From Chiloscyllium plagiosum (taxonomy: Eukaryota), in contig NC_057739.1 in the NCBI RefSeq assembly GCF_004010195.1, positions 28,323,239-28,387,238 of the forward strand: DNA of 64,000 nt. Direction: 5' to 3'. This document shows positions 26,850-39,471 of the stretch, piece by piece. Positions within the stretch are counted from its first letter, which is position 1, and each line of letters begins with the position of its first letter. The notes under the pieces were generated by a model that worked only from the letters and a program-made list of their open reading frames with translations, ran no database searches and was not told where the DNA came from. The position numbers were made by a program, and so were the translations under genes.

Positions 26850-27670
26850 GTTAGAATTGTCCCCAATTGAGACTTGAGCCCAATGGATCAGAGACCACAA
26901 ACAAAGATCATAGTGAAACTGACCAGCGAGTTATTGAACAAAGCGACATCGTGGAAGAGAAATTAACCAGGCTGACACAGAACTGATTCTCTGCACAGAT
27001 GGCCAAACGTTCTTCCCAGAACAGGGTGCACAGGCAAATTTTATAGGGGTACGACACAAAGGTGATAATTGTAAAGCAGTTTACAGTACAGTGGTGAAAA
27101 TTATAAAGAGATTAAAACAAGGATACACTGAATGGAAGTTAACCAAGCATCGGGTAGCAGCAATTCATTTGTAATTGTGAGATTCCAGCCATCTCAGTGA
27201 GTGGATGAGAATGTCTTCTAGAGGATTTTTCATTGTATTTCCCGTCTGCACAAATCTGTGTAAATGTTCCTTCTCCTAGCATCCATGTCTGCCCATTGTG
27301 CTCTTCCTGTGAGCAAGGTCTTCTGGGGTCTCTCTGTCTGCCTCTTTGTTTATGCGGTATTGGTTTCAGTGGGAAAGGAGCATGCCCTTGGGGTGTTGGG
27401 ACTGCAATGCTAATTGAGACTGGGAGCTGATAGTGCAAGCTGTTTTAGGAAGTGTATTCTCTGGTCTGGGGGTAGCTTGGCTATGTCTGGTTTCTTTGTG
27501 AGCCTGGTTGGGCAAGACTGGGGCACTCTGGGTAGTTTCTGTATGTGTTGGTAGGCTTGATTTGTGTTTTGCCAGGCCACCTGTGTTTATGTGGCCATGC
27601 TGTGGGTGAGCAGTGTGGCAGATCTTTTTCCCACAAGAAATGTACAAGTAAATCTCTGTTTACATCACAT
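26850..27670 (-). mobile_element. Possible solo LTR
   Basis: Compositionally distinct block with minus-strand TATAAAA (ttttatagg ~27040) upstream of a poly(A)-signal-like motif. Termini and TSD not resolved. Confidence 0.3.
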
Positions 27671-29429
27671 TTGCTTGTACTTTCCGGCTAACTTTTTGTC
27701 ATGTGCACGTGGACCTTTCTGAATGTCAATCCTTTTATTAAAAACAAACTTCCTATTTTTCTGACCAAGTAGATAATTTCCCCTTTTTGTCAATTTATAC
27801 TCCATCTGCTTATTGCTTAACTACGCTATAACTCTTTGCAGTTTACTTTCCCAGATAACTGTGTATTACAGTATAAACAAAATTACATATCTTACACTTG
27901 ATATAAGTTATTGATGTTAGTTATAATTAGCTAAGGACCTAATGCTGATTCTCTTGGTACTCTGGTTATTAAATCCTGTTAACACTGAAGTTACTCGTTT
28001 ATTCTTACACATTTTTTAATATCTGTCAACCAGTTTCCAACATATTTATGTATTGCCGCAGTCCAGCTGACTTAATCTTGTTTGAACATCCAAGTCAATA
28101 TCCTGCTGAATGCCTTCTGAAAGACCAAAAACACTACACCTACTGGTTCACCCTTACCTAAACTGCTAGTTGAAACTCAAAGTTGCACATTGTTCAATAA
28201 AGTATAACTTCTAAGATTATTTGTATTGTGACTATGGATGTGAAGTGGTGGTGCAACTTAGTTCTGACTCTCTGTCTTCTGGGAATCTTGAGTGTATCCT
28301 TTGCAGAATCACTAATAGCTAAATTTTAGTACTTTGTGCTTGTGTGGATTTCACAAGTTGCTGTAAACTGAATAAATTAAATAATTGAATAATGTAATGT
28401 AAAGATAATGTAAAGTTTTGCTTTCACTATTGTTGCAAATCTAGGCTGTTGAAACTTTTGTGTCTTGTTTACCATGTCCATGGTATTAGGTTCTAGCAAT
28501 TACCCTCTTATGCCTCAGGCTGACTGGCATATAATTTCCCCTTTTCACTCTTCCTCCTATCTTGAACAGCACCATTACAATTCCCATTCTCAATGCATGG
28601 AAGCCCTTGGAATGTAGGAAATTTTGGAAAGTGCAATGTACCTTCTGTTTCTACAACTACTTCTTAAAATATCTGGTTTATGCTTGTATTTTATACATCT
28701 CTCCACGTACGTGATGGAACAGTGGCTAATTTGGAATGATTTGTTGTCCAGGCAGCTATGTTGCTCAGGCAGTGAAACTCACTGTCCAAATGAGTAAATA
28801 ATTCATGATCAACAAATTAATCAGCGGGCTTTTATGTTCTGTGGTTGCATAGCTTTTGTTTTTGTTTCACTATTGTCTCTGAAGCAACTATAAGTTAGAT
28901 TTTAACACAACTAAAGGTTCCAGTGTCCCTTGAAGAGTTGAGTATATTTGTCATTTAATTGCTCAATTCACTTTGCTCCTGCTTGTCTACATTCAGTTCA
29001 AGGAAGTGTCCAGTTTATCATTATCTTTGCATGCAAAAAGCAAATTTATGTGTAATTCAATTGTAATTTTCTTGTGTTTCAGAAATAGCATAAGAGAAAA
29101 ATATGGCACGTCATTATGTTTTAATTATTCGCAGGTAGAGGGCATTTCTTTGAATTTCATCAGAATACATGTAAAGAGGTGCACTGACTTAGGGATGTAT
29201 ATGAGAGTTCAATGCTTACTATGTTTCAGTGTGAGACTAACTGAAGATTGGTTTCAGTATTACCTTTCACGATCTGCTTTCCAGAGAGTAACCGTTATAC
29301 TTGTTAATGTGTATTATTAAAATTCTCGTAGGTAGTGCCTTTTTCCTGATTGATTGTTGATGTTCCATTTGTACATATTTTGATACCATGCATGAACAGT
29401 GTTATTCACTTTTAGATGAAGGATATTGA

Positions 29430-29995
29430 GGCAAAAACTGTGAATGCAAGAAATCTAAAATAAAACAATAAATGCTCCATAATTATAAATATTCCAAATC
29501 AGGTTTATATAGTGGGAGGAACTATAATGCTTCAGGTTAGCCTTTTGTCAGATCTGGAAAATGTTACAGGTGCAGCAGGTTTCACGCAACTATAGATGCT
29601 GGGCAAAGTGGAGAGGGAGCAAGGAACAAAATTCAAGGCCTTTTGATAGGTTGGAAGATTGAAGTAACAAATGACAAGTGATGGTATGAGTGTGTGGTGT
29701 TAATGAAAAAAATGAACAAATAAGTTGAATCTGAAGAACTATAAATAACTACAGAAATGTGAACAGTATCTTTTGGTTATAAAGTTCATAATTTGAAATT
29801 GTTGAATTCTGCAACAACTTTTCTGATGAAATCATGCGACTAATCCTTGAACTTCTATTGAAGTTTAGTCTAACAACGTAGAAGATTGAGGACAGGGTGA
29901 GAATTAAATTGACAAATGACTGGAAGCTCTGTGCATGCTTTTTGCCTGAACACCCAGTAATCACCCAGTCTGTTTTGTCTTAGCATTTATAGAGC
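29430..29995 (-). mobile_element. Old Penelope-like 3' fragment
   Basis: Degenerate aaaactgtgaatgcaagaaatctaaaataaaaca end, purine-rich tract and remnants colinear with 62545-63330. Confidence 0.55.
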
Positions 29996-30485
29996 GCTAT
30001 AAGGCACTGGACAGGTGAGAGTGCCAATTCTCTGGAATTTTAGGTCCTGCAAATATTCTCGAAATATTTTAGAGTCTTTAACATGGGTGTGGCAGGGCAG
30101 ATAAGCTCCAGCTCTTAACTGTGGTTGAAAGGTCTTTAAGAAGCCAGCATACAAAGAATCAAGGTGCAGACAAAATAAACCTTTTTAAAGAGATGGTGAA
30201 CAATACTATGGCGTACAAAACTCCAGTTGAAGCAGAGGTGATAAACATTTAAGACTGGTGATTAAAGAAAAAGTGCACAGATATGGAAACCAGGTGGGCC
30301 CGTGAACTTACTGTTGGTATGATAAGTAAAGCAAACATAAACTGCCAGTTTCTATTTTGAAAATCTCTGTAGTTATTTATGAAATTATCATGAACTTTAG
30401 AATTGAACGTAAATATGATATTGTTATTGAAGACTACTGTTTTTGATGGCTACAAATACTACAATGTTTTGAAACTCCTGTTTAG

Positions 30486-30572
30486 GTTGGCCAACTCTTG
30501 CAGCAGTTGGCAATGACTGGCAGTGAGGAAGCAGATCCACGGCTGAAGAATAGTCTCTCCAAATTTGACAAA
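30486..30572 (+). CDS. GAPVD1: GAPVD1 coding exon 3, 87 nt
   Basis: tttag|GTT... VGQLLQQLAMTGSEEADPRLKNSLSKFDK ...AAA|GTAAGT; phase 0-0. Too short for the ORF track. Confidence 0.96.
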
Positions 30573-31949
30573 GTAAGTCAGTCTGCATTCTGTTAAGATA
30601 AAGTAAAGAGAAGTCGCAAAATTGACTAGGGAATGTAATCTATGAAGGCTTTGTACTCCTTTCAGTATGCTATCGGTGATTTTGAGCTGGATGGTAAGTT
30701 CGGCTGCAAGATCTGTTGTGTTTTGCCTAAAGTGGTTCCTGTGTACGTTTTCAGCATTATGTATGAGACATGGCATTCATGTAAGCATAGTTTTCAAGTG
30801 GGGTGGGGGAGAGGATGGAATTTTAATATTTAAATTCTGTTTGCTGAATTAAATGATGTTGAAAAGAAGCTTCAAGAAAGGTATGTGTATTTGAGCTGTG
30901 GAAGGAACAAATCATCTCTGGATCTGCACCTGAAAAACATACCTGTAGATTTTAGGTGAAGGCAAAATTGGTGGGGAAAGCTTCATCGTTAGATAAGTTA
31001 CCTTATTCTGTTATGATCCCAGCTCATGTTACTTGAGGACAAGTCAGGTCATTGACTAAAATCTGCCTTGGTAGATGACATCATTAAAAATTTAATGATG
31101 TGATTTTTCACTGAAACACAAGCGTGCAGTACTGTAGAACTAGTTTTAACAATAAAACTGAAGTTCATTGTGCAAAAGAAATGAAGAAGAACTAGGGAAA
31201 AAAAATCTCTTTACTAACAGTTTTAAATACACTGTAAAAGTATCATCACTTTAATGCCTAAACATCCCATTACAAATTTAAAAAAAAAACTTTTGCAGTA
31301 CCGAAAAGTAACCCTTGTACAGTACTTTTTCAGTAATCCTTTACTCCCAACACCTCATTAGGTTTCAGGTAACTGACTTTTTTAACTTTTGAGACTGAAA
31401 TCTCTGATAGCTTATTCCTGGAGCTATCATAGGTATGTCTGAATTTAAATAAGCTTGGTATGAAATCTTCATCAGGGTTTTATCCCAATACTTCTGGTCT
31501 GGGACTATCATTAAGTCCTTACTCTGAGATAATCATGTTTCACTGTATTCTGCCCTTCTCAGAAGCGCTGCTCTCTATATGAATCTCCAGGCAAGGTCTT
31601 CACAGAACTATCCAAATAAGGAAAAAGCGCAACGGGACTCCCTCTAAGCGACAGGTGTTTACTTTGCGTTTAATGTAAAAGAAATTCTCATAGCTCTTAA
31701 AGAACAATGATTCACCCCAAGTCATAAGATCCTAAACTAAACATCACCACAGCTCCAGAAATCTTAAATATTAATAATCAATTGTATGTATGTATGGATT
31801 ATTTTATTTCGAATTTGTCAGCAATGAACTTGTATGAAAAAGACTTTAATTTCTTAAAGTCAGACAAGTATTTTCAGGTTAACAAACAACTATGGAAGCA
31901 TTGTGTACATTATTCAGTAAGATGTTTTGTAAAACAATGCTAATTTTGA

Positions 31950-33497
31950 TAGCTGTCCCTGCCTCTTTGGCTATATTGAACAGACCCTCTTCAGTACCTA
32001 CACAGGCACTGTGCCCCAACTCTTCTGCTATTACAACAATGACTGCATCAGTGCAGCGTCCTGCACCCAGGCTGAACTGGAGCAGTTCATCAACTTCACC
32101 CACAACTTACCCGTCACCCTCAAATTCATTTGGTCCATCTTGGACACCTCCCTCCACTTCCTTGACCTCACCATTTCCATCTCCGGCAACAGCTCCAGAC
32201 AGACATTTACTACAAACCAATTGACTCCCATAACTACTTGGACCACACCTCCCACTGAGTATCCTGCAAGATGGAGTATCCTCCATCCCATTCTCCACTT
32301 CCTCTGCCTCTGCCTCATGAGCCAGGGGTAAATAGAGGAAGGGAGAATGGGTCTGGGTGCGTTACTCTTCGGAGGTTAGTGTGGACTTGTTGAGCCGAAG
32401 GGCCTGTTTCCAATCTAATCTAATCTAATGTGCTTGAATAAGGAGACATTCCACTCATGAGTATCTCCGATGTCTACCTATTTCAAACAACATGCTTTTG
32501 CACCCTCTGTCATTTACACAGTCCTCCACCGCACCACCTCCATTCCGTATTCCACTCCTCTAACCACCCCCCCATGCAATAAAGACAGAGACCACCCCCC
32601 CCCATCATCACCTACCTCCCTACCAGTCTCTCCATCCAGTGCATCATCTTAAAACACTTCCACCAATTCCAACTAGACTCCACCACCAAGAACTTCTTCC
32701 CCTCCCCATCCCTCTCTGCATTCCACAAGGACCATTCCCTTCAACAGTCCTTGGTTTACACGACTCTCCCCACCAAGCCTCCTGAACCCCCAGGTACTTT
32801 CCCCTGCAACCAGCAAAGTTGCAAAACCTGCCAGCATATCACCCCTTCACCTTCATCCAGGGCCCCATACAGTCCTCCTACATGAGATAGAGGTTCACCT
32901 GCCTCTCGTCCAATCTAGTTTACTGCATCAGGTGCTCTCGATATGATTTTCTCTCCATGAGAGAGACCAAAAGTAAACTTGAGGAACGATTTGCCAAGCA
33001 TCACAGCTGGTCCCGCAGGGGCCGACTGGACCTCCCAGTCACCACCCATTTTAATTCACCTTCCCAATTCCTTTCCGACATGACCATCCTTGGCTGCCTC
33101 CATTGTCTCAATGAACCACATTGCAAATTGGAGGAACAACGCCTCATTTTCCGCCTGGGCAGCCAACTGCCCGGAGGACTCAATATTGTGTTCTCTAATT
33201 TCAATTAACCACCTGTCCCATCCCCCAACTCCCTTCCCAGCCCCTCCCCCTCCCTTCCACTCCTCCCTGCCACCAACCGGATTCATTCCTCCCATTGACC
33301 AACCGGGTTGTACTCTTTATCTGTCTTGAACCATCCCCACGACAATACCCTGCCCCGCCAACCCCCTTTATCTGCAGCTTTCCCTGCACCCACCCCCAGC
33401 CCTGAAGAAGGGTTACACCCGAAACATCAACTTCTCCACCTCGATGCTGCCTGACTTGCTGTTTTCTTCCAGGTTCCTGCCTGTCTACTTTGATTTT
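31950..33497 (+). mobile_element. 5'-truncated Penelope-like element (RT end + GIY-YIG + 3' repeat), decayed; V-SINE tail nested at ~32325-32428
   Basis: PQLFCYYNNDCI (degenerate YIDD), FLDLTISIS, LVYCIRCSR..ETKSKLEERFAKH..EEQRLIFRLGSQLPGGLNIVFSNF. Hammerhead-like CTGAAGAAGGGTTACACCCGAAAC at 33402-33425. Confidence 0.9.
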
Positions 33498-36209
33498 AGA
33501 ATGGCATATCTTAGACATTATCTTGCCATTTTGTTTCTGGATTTATATCTAGTCAAGAATGGTCAGATCAAAGTCTTATCAGTTTGTTGGCTATCCAGAT
33601 CTTGTGTGAGATTAGTTTGTTCAATTTAAATCTGATTTTTAATGGGCTGCAGCACAAAACCACCTATTAATAAATTTGGCTGATGACAACCCATTTAAAG
33701 TGTGAAATAGTGCATTCTCTGTGAGAAGAAGATGCGTTAAGTTGGAGGAAACAAACTTCCTAGAGTAGCATTGGGTAGGAACATAACTGGGTAGGCCATT
33801 GAGCAGATCGCCTGCAATTCAGTTAGACCATAGCTGATCATTCAACCTGTGGTATTTTCCCATGTATCTTTATATCACTGGATGTCATTAGTCTCCAGAA
33901 CTCTTTCGATTTCTGTCTTACACATGTTGAATGAGTTGAACTTGCACAGATACCTAGAGTAGAGAGTTTCAAAGATTTGCAATTGTCTTGATTGAAGCAA
34001 TTTCTTATGTCAAGGGAAGCGATGACCTAGTGGAGGTGTCACTAGAGTGTTAATCCAGAGAAATTGGTGATGTTCTCAGGACCCAGGTTTGAATTTCATC
34101 ATGGCAGATGGTGGAAGTCAAATTGAGTAAATATCTGTAATTAAGGTTCTGATGATTACCATGATGAAATCATTGTTGAATGTTGGAAAAGCCTTCCTAA
34201 TTTATTATTATCCTTTAGGGAGATAGACTGCTGTCCCTACCTGGTCTAACCTATTGATGTGGCTAATTCGTAACTGCCCTCTGAAATGGCCTAGCATGTC
34301 ATTAATTTGTGGGGAAAGAAAAGAAATAAAACTACTTGGCTTCTACCCAATGGACCACCTGAAACCTAGGCACTAGAAATGACAATGGCACGCCCAGCCT
34401 TGTCAATCCTGTAAAGCCCTCCCTTTATTTTGGAGCTAGTACCAAAATTGGGATCATTGTCTCTCAGAGCAACAACCTGACCTAGTCATACTCCAAGAAT
34501 CATACCTTAGAGCCCACGTCCCAGACATCATCATCATTATCCATGGATTTGCCATGTCCCACTCGTCCTGAGTGGCTAGGCAGCAGCACAATGGATTGGA
34601 TTGGTCATGTCCCAAAGGATATTGCTCCAGATCCCGTCTAGCAATTGGTAGTGAGGGAACCACCAAGAGGGAAACGCACATTTTACCAGTTCGTCTCCAG
34701 TGTACCTGCTACATCTGCCAATGACAGTATTAGTAAATGTACACCACGCGGTTCTTGTGGAGACAAAGTTCCATCTTCACATTGAGAACACTTGATGTTG
34801 TGTGGCACTATCTCTCTGCTAAATGCGATAAACTTAAAACAAATCTAGCAACTCCAGATAGGGCATCCCTGAGGCAGTATGCACTAATGACAGCAGCAGA
34901 ATCGTACTCCAACACTATCTGCAATTTCATGGCCTGGCATTTCCCCACTCTACCATCAAGCCAGTGAATCATATGAACAGTAATAGACCATTCAGTTCCT
35001 CGAGCCTCTTTACCATTCAGTGACATCTGTGGTTTAACTCCATGTCTTGGCCTAATGGCTCATTCTCTTTGTTTAACAAAACTATTTTATCTGTCTTGGA
35101 TTTAAAATTAACAACTGGTTCATTGAAGAGTGCAGGAGGGCATACTAGGAGCAGCACTAGGAATACCTAAAAATGAGGTGTCAATCTGGTGAAGTTAGAA
35201 AACAGGACTATCTGTGTGCCAAACAGCATAGGTAGCAAGTGATAAACAGAGCTAAAGTCGCCCACAATCAGTAGATCAGATCTAAGCTCTGCAATCCTGT
35301 CACACCCAGTTGAGTGTTGGTGAACCATTAAATAACTAGCTGGGGAAGGAATCTCCACAAACAAACAAATCCTCAAGAATGGGGGAGCCCAGCACATCAG
35401 TGCAAAAGATAAGGCTGAAGCATATGCAGCCATCTTCAACCAGAAATGCTGAGTGGATGATCCTGCGTGGCATTACCCTGTTCACTGAAGCCCAGTTTGT
35501 TTTCTAGCATGACCACTCAGTTCCTCACCTCATTATAACTTCAGTTCAAACATGGAAAAAAGGAGCTAAATTCCAGAGGTGAGGTGAAAGTGACTGCCCT
35601 TGTCAATAAGGCTGCTTTGGACCAAGTGTGGCATCTAGTGTTATTGGGAGTCTAAGGAAAATCTGCTGTTTGGGCTCATACCTGGCACAAAGCAAGATGG
35701 TTGTGGTTGTTGGAGTCAGTCACCTCTTTCCAGAATATCTCTGCAGGAATTCCTCAGAATCGTGTCCTAGGCCAAACTACCTTAAACTGCTTGATCAATG
35801 ACCTTCCCTTCATAAGGAGGCAAGTGGGGATGTTTGCTGATGATTGCACAATGTTCGGTACAATTCGGGACGACTCCAATGCCAAAGGAGCCCATGGTCA
35901 AATGCAGCAGGACTTGGAAAAAATCCAGGCTTGGGCTGAAAAGTTGCCTGAGCATTCGTGCCAAATAAATGCGAAGCAATAACCATCTCCAATTGTCGAC
36001 CACCTAACCACTGCCCTTGACATGCAATGATATTACCTTTACTGAATCCCCTACAATCAACTGGCCTGGGTTAGCATTCATTAGAAACTGAACTGGACTA
36101 ACTACTAAAATACAGTGAGTACAAGAGCAGATCAGAGGCTAGAAATATTGCAGTGAGTAACTCCCCTTCTGAAACCACGAAGCTTGTTTGCCCATCTACA
36201 AGGCACAAG

Positions 36210-36408
36210 GGACTCGAAGCCCTCCGTTTCTTTCTTTCCCGCCGTACCGAACAGTACCCTTCCACAGACACCCTCCTTCGACTGACTGAACTGGTCCTCA
36301 CCCTGAACAACTTCTCTTTCCAATCCTCCCACTTCCTCCAAACGAAAGGAGTAGCCATGGGCACCCGCATGGGCCCCACCTACGCCTGCCTCTTCGTAGG
36401 ATATGTGG
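36210..36408 (+). mobile_element. Penelope-like RT fragment (well preserved)
   Basis: GLEALRFFL...LVLTLNNFSFQSSHFLQTKGVAMGTRMGPTYACLFVGYVE is a PLE RT motif region. Confidence 0.9.
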
Positions 36409-36632
36409 AGTGTGGGTGTAAGTGTGTGTGTGTTGTGTGGGTGTGGGTGTGTGTGTGTGGGTATGGGTGTGCCTGTGCCAGTGTGTGTGTTGTGTGGGTG
36501 TGGGTGTGAGTGTGGGTGTGGGTGTGTGTGTGTGTGTGGGTGTAAGTGTGTGTGTGTTGTGTGGGTGTGGGTGTGTGTGTGTGGGTATGGGTGTGCCTGT
36601 GCCTGTGTGTGTGTGTGTGAGTGTGTGTGTGT
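36409..36632. repeat. Compound GT-rich tandem repeat
   Basis: (GT)n/(GTGTGG)n with a higher-order unit (gtgtgggtgtaagtgtgtgtgtgttgtgtgg...gtatgggtgtgcctgtgcc) occurring twice. Confidence 0.95.
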
Positions 36633-36899
36633 CTCCTGAACTATTTGCAGTTCACATTGGCTCACAGTGACACATGAAGCTGTGTGTCTCTGAAACACGG
36701 CCATGTCTTTAATGATCTCACTGACAGCCTCACATTTCCTAAAGGGTAGCTGAATGTATTTGCTGATTTATATGGCATTTTCATCTCTCTGATTGACAGG
36801 ATGATAGAAAGGATTGACTAATCACAGAGCTTGGCATGACTTCCTGTTTTCAAATCCCACTCCCTGCTCTTCCTGAGGATCTGTCTGAGCAGTTGGAGT

Positions 36900-37255
36900 G
36901 GTGAGACAATGGGAGCACCTCCCATTGAGTTTTACCTTGTGTTTTTGGACAGTCTGTCTGAGGTGAACACAAAGACCACCATCTTGCCCCCTCCTTCGGC
37001 CGGCTCTGTTTCGAAGAGGAACTGGCCAATTCCCTGCTGTATCCTGATCAATATTTATCCCTCAACTGATATCAGATAATCTGATCATAGGCACATTGCT
37101 GTTTCCAGGAACTTTCCTGTGTGTAGATTGGTTGCTGTGTTCCCTACCTCACAGCGGGGGCTCGGCTTCAGAGTGTACTGCAGTGGCTATAAAGTGCTTT
37201 GAGGTGTCTGGTGGCAGCGAGGGTGCTATGGAAATGCACAATGTTTTCTTTCTTG
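36900..37255 (+). mobile_element. Old Deu-domain SINE (AmnSINE1/SacSINE1-like)
   Basis: ttcgaagagg..tcctgatcaatatttatccctcaac..cacattgctgttt..aaagtgctttgagg..gtgctatggaaatgca matches my recollection of the Deu-SINE body and tail. Confidence 0.65.
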
Positions 37256-37404
37256 CAACAAACCCACCGGAACAACCAAGCTGGAGAAACTCAGCAGGTC
37301 CAGCACAATCTATGTGGAGAAATCACTATCTAAGGTCTTTCTGCCAAAGTACGGGTGGTGATGGCTCGCACGAGGGGACATAGCTTTAAATTGAGGGGTA
37401 AGTG

Positions 37405-37602
37405 ATTTCCGATGCCCCTCCCCCAAGTCCCTCCTCCCTATCTTTTATCTTAGCCTGCTGGACCAACTTTCCTCATTCCTGAAGAAGGGCTAATGCCCGA
37501 AACGTCGATTCTCCTGTTCCCTGGATGCTGCCTGACCTGCTACGCTTTTCCAGCAACACATTTCCATCTCTGATCTCCAGCATCTGCAGACCTCACTTTC
37601 TC
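37405..37602 (+). mobile_element. PLE family-1 3' end with intact hammerhead motif at 37479-37506
   Basis: Nearly identical to 25175-25373; CTGAAGA-A-GGGC-TAAT-GCCC-GAAA-CG-TC. Confidence 0.9.
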
Positions 37603-38877
37603 CACAAGTCAGGAGTGTGATAGCATACTCTCCATCTGCATGGATATGTTTTGCTGCAATCACATTCAAGAAACTTGACACCACAGAGAACAAAGGTACC
37701 ATATTCACAAGCATTCACCCCCTCCAGCACCTGCGGCTCAGAACCAGCAATGTATGTTATCTACAAGATGCACTGCAGAAATTCACCAGAGCGTCTTAAG
37801 AAGCACGTTCCAAAACCCATGACCACTTTAATCTAGAAGGACAAGGGCAGCAGATATATGGGAACACTACTAGGTTCCTGTTTCCCTCCATGTCATCCTG
37901 ACTTGGAAATAATGTAGCTGTTCCTTCTGTGTCATAGGGTCAAAAATCTTGGAACACCCTCTTGAATGGCAATGTCTGTCTACCCACAGCACTTGGACTG
38001 CAACAATTCAAGAAGGCAGCTCCCTCCGACCTCCTCAAAGGGAACTAAGGGGTGAGCAGTAAATTCCAACCCTATTGTTAATGCCCGCAAATTTTTGAGT
38101 GAATTTAAAACAAAACACAGTGGTCTCCCTTTATGAGATGATATCTCAGTTCTAAATTCACCAGCCAGGGCAATATCTCATCGCTCTCCACTATCTCATC
38201 CTGTAAGAATTTTTGAGTTTCAATGCATTTTCCCCTCCTTCACTTCTCCAGAGAATATAGACTTCATTTCTCAATCCATCCTTGTAAAACAGTTCCAGGG
38301 ATTAATCCGGTAAACAAGTTCCATTCCCTCTTTACATCATTGTAATATCATCAATATATACTTCTTCATCATTTTTAAAGGTACAGAATGGAGTGTCAAC
38401 ATTGAATATTATGTAAAGTGCGAACTATAGCACATGGCATCGAGATGGCTGGCTAAACTTTAAGATTTCAAATCATAGTTATGAACATTTTCGTTTCCAT
38501 GTCCCACATTCTCTTAGTCACCAGTTAAGATGGCTCAACTGCTATACTTTGTATAGAAGCAGTTATGTTGACTCAGAATGTTTACATCATATTAAAGTGT
38601 GCTAATTGCAAGAACAAAGTACTAAATAACATCTCGTTAAGGTGTGCTGATATAATTAATGAGCCCTACTGTAACCAACTTCACTTAACGTATATTTTCA
38701 GATGGCAATCGTACAGTGCAATCTATAAGGCTATACTGGTAATTCATTTATTAAGGATTGACCTAATCAGAGCGAAAATGTTTCACTTGTTCCAGCCTTT
38801 TAGTCAATCATCATAAAAGATCCAGATCGCAAAGGTGCCCATTTGTTGATTGTCTCGAATCCATTACTTAACTGAAC

Positions 38878-38994
38878 CAGTTGTAACAGAGTTAAAAATC
38901 ACACAACACCAGGTTATAGTCCAACAGGTTTAATTGGAAGCACACTAGCTTTCGGAGCAACGCTCCTTCATCAGGTGATAGTCAGTTGTAACAG
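38878..38994 (-). mobile_element. Single-arm PLE family-2 mini-insert with 12-bp TSD
   Basis: TSD CAGTTGTAACAG at 38878-38889 and 38983-38994. Minus strand CAC-CTGATGA-A-GGAGC-GTT-GCTCC-GAAA-GC-TA-GTG is an intact hammerhead core with a 3-bp helix I. Confidence 0.9.
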
Positions 38995-39336
38995 GGAAAC
39001 AGTCACCAAGGCTGAACCTCATGTGAGACTCCTTTAACTTAAATCCTGAATTGTAATAATTCCTTCTGCCTTCTGAAAGTTTAAGGCAGTACATTACAAA
39101 TCACCTTTGCCCTCTGAGTTGATCTTTATCATTGGGTACGTCATGTTCTGCTCCGAAGTCACTCAGCCATTATTTCTACCATATTGTGCCAGCCATTATT
39201 AATAACAAGCAATAGTCTTTCAAGTGACTGCTGTAAGGAATGGTGATAGTATTTAAGTGAAATTGATGTTTTTATTTCAGAGAGGAGACTTTATGACATA
39301 TGAGAAAATAATATATTTTACTTCAAACTTTTACAG

Positions 39337-39471
39337 AGTTGTGTTGCGGCCTTCTTGGATGTTATCATTGGCGGTCGTACAGTGGAGACTCCTCCTATGT
39401 CCTCAGTGAATCTGCTGGAGGGACTAAGTAGGACTGTTGTCTACATGACACACAACCAACTTGTAAACTTG
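39337..39471 (+). CDS. GAPVD1: GAPVD1 coding exon 4, 135 nt
   Basis: ttttacag|AGT SCVAAFLDVIIGGRTVETPPMSSVNLLEGLSRTVVYMTHNQLVNL TTG|GTAAGC. Confidence 0.96.

Larger units (their letters stand above)
34014..38110 (+). mobile_element. Decayed CR1-group LINE with tRNA-like 5' head, interrupted at 36210-37602
   Basis: A-box-like TGACCTAGTGG 34023-34033 and B-box-like GGTTTGAATTT 34086-34096. EN remnant QQPDLVILQESYL; RT remnant AGIPQNRVLG..INDLP..MFADDCT; family tail near 38040-38110. Confidence 0.8.

Noticed and set aside
31009-31790. Solo LTR starting TGTTATGA
   Set aside because: No matching right terminus or TSD could be found.
36132-36704. His/Thr- and Cys/Val-rich ORFs
   Set aside because: They are translations of the GT-rich tandem repeat.
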